DNA of 52,253 bases from contig JAOAKO010000004.1 in the NCBI GenBank assembly GCA_026413625.1, positions 1 to 52,253 of the forward strand, given 5' to 3'. Position numbers and translations under genes: made by a program. Origin of the DNA: Candidatus Micrarchaeota archaeon (GTDB lineage: Archaea > Micrarchaeota > Micrarchaeia > CABMEP01). A model generated the notes under the pieces. It had not been told where the DNA came from. It saw only the letters and a list, made by a program, of their open reading frames with translations, and searched no databases. Shown here piece after piece: positions 52,076 to 52,253 of the stretch; within the stretch, counting starts at the first letter, position 1, and each line of letters opens with the position of its first letter.

Positions 52076-52213
52076 CTCAAGCTCTCTGCAGGCTTCATCC
52101 TTGCAGCCTGCATTGCAGGAAGCAGTCCGCTGACGCTTCCGATAATAAATGAAAATGAAATCGCTCCGAAGATTAATATAAAGTCCAGAGTCATATACAG
52201 TCCGATATTATAT
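52076..52213 (-). CDS. second FtsX-family permease, C-terminal fragment (truncated by contig end/adapter)
   Basis: The minus-strand frame ends ...FSFIIGSVSGLLPAMQAARMKPAESLRYE* (stop 52078-52076), paralogous to the C-terminus of the adjacent permease. Confidence 0.6.
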
Positions 52214-52253
52214 CTGTCTCTTATACACATCTCCGAGCCCACGAGACCAGAGA
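52214..52253. other. Illumina Nextera transposase adapter read-through (non-biological)
   Basis: 52214-52247 is exactly CTGTCTCTTATACACATCTCCGAGCCCACGAGAC. The trailing 'cagaga' sits where the i7 index begins. Confidence 0.93.

Overview
AT-rich contig from an uncultured archaeon. The gene content suggests a small-genome, DPANN-like lineage, but I cannot place it more precisely. Archaeal markers: Orc1/Cdc6 next to PCNA with an ORB-like intergenic origin candidate, ribosomal protein L40e, Alba, archaeal-type PheRS/GluRS/AspRS, ATP-dependent DNA ligase, SepF, class-III (archaeal pilin) signal peptides, an archaeal SRP RNA, and tRNA genes with 37/38 introns. About 55 CDS are packed tightly on both strands and most are informational or housekeeping genes. 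There are four tRNA genes, three of them intron-containing, and one SRP RNA. I saw no CRISPR array, transposase, integrase or recognisable defence genes. Items I would look at again: (1) an IspD-IspF fusion with divergent motifs in an archaeon that also carries the mevalonate-route IDI-2; (2) a four-CBS protein whose C-terminus looks like an HPF/RaiA ribosome-hibernation domain; (3) a 112-nt tRNA-Gly intron built from three related hairpins, one of which recurs in the tRNA-Ser intron; (4) a complete AmmeMemoRadiSam operon plus a second, motif-degenerate Memo paralogue next to idi2; (5) smc followed by a DUF460 RNase-H-like gene and an N-terminally extended Alba instead of a kleisin; (6) two large lineage-specific coiled-coil proteins; (7) Illumina Nextera adapter sequence at the 3' end of the contig. 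All family assignments come from motif recognition by eye; no searches were run.
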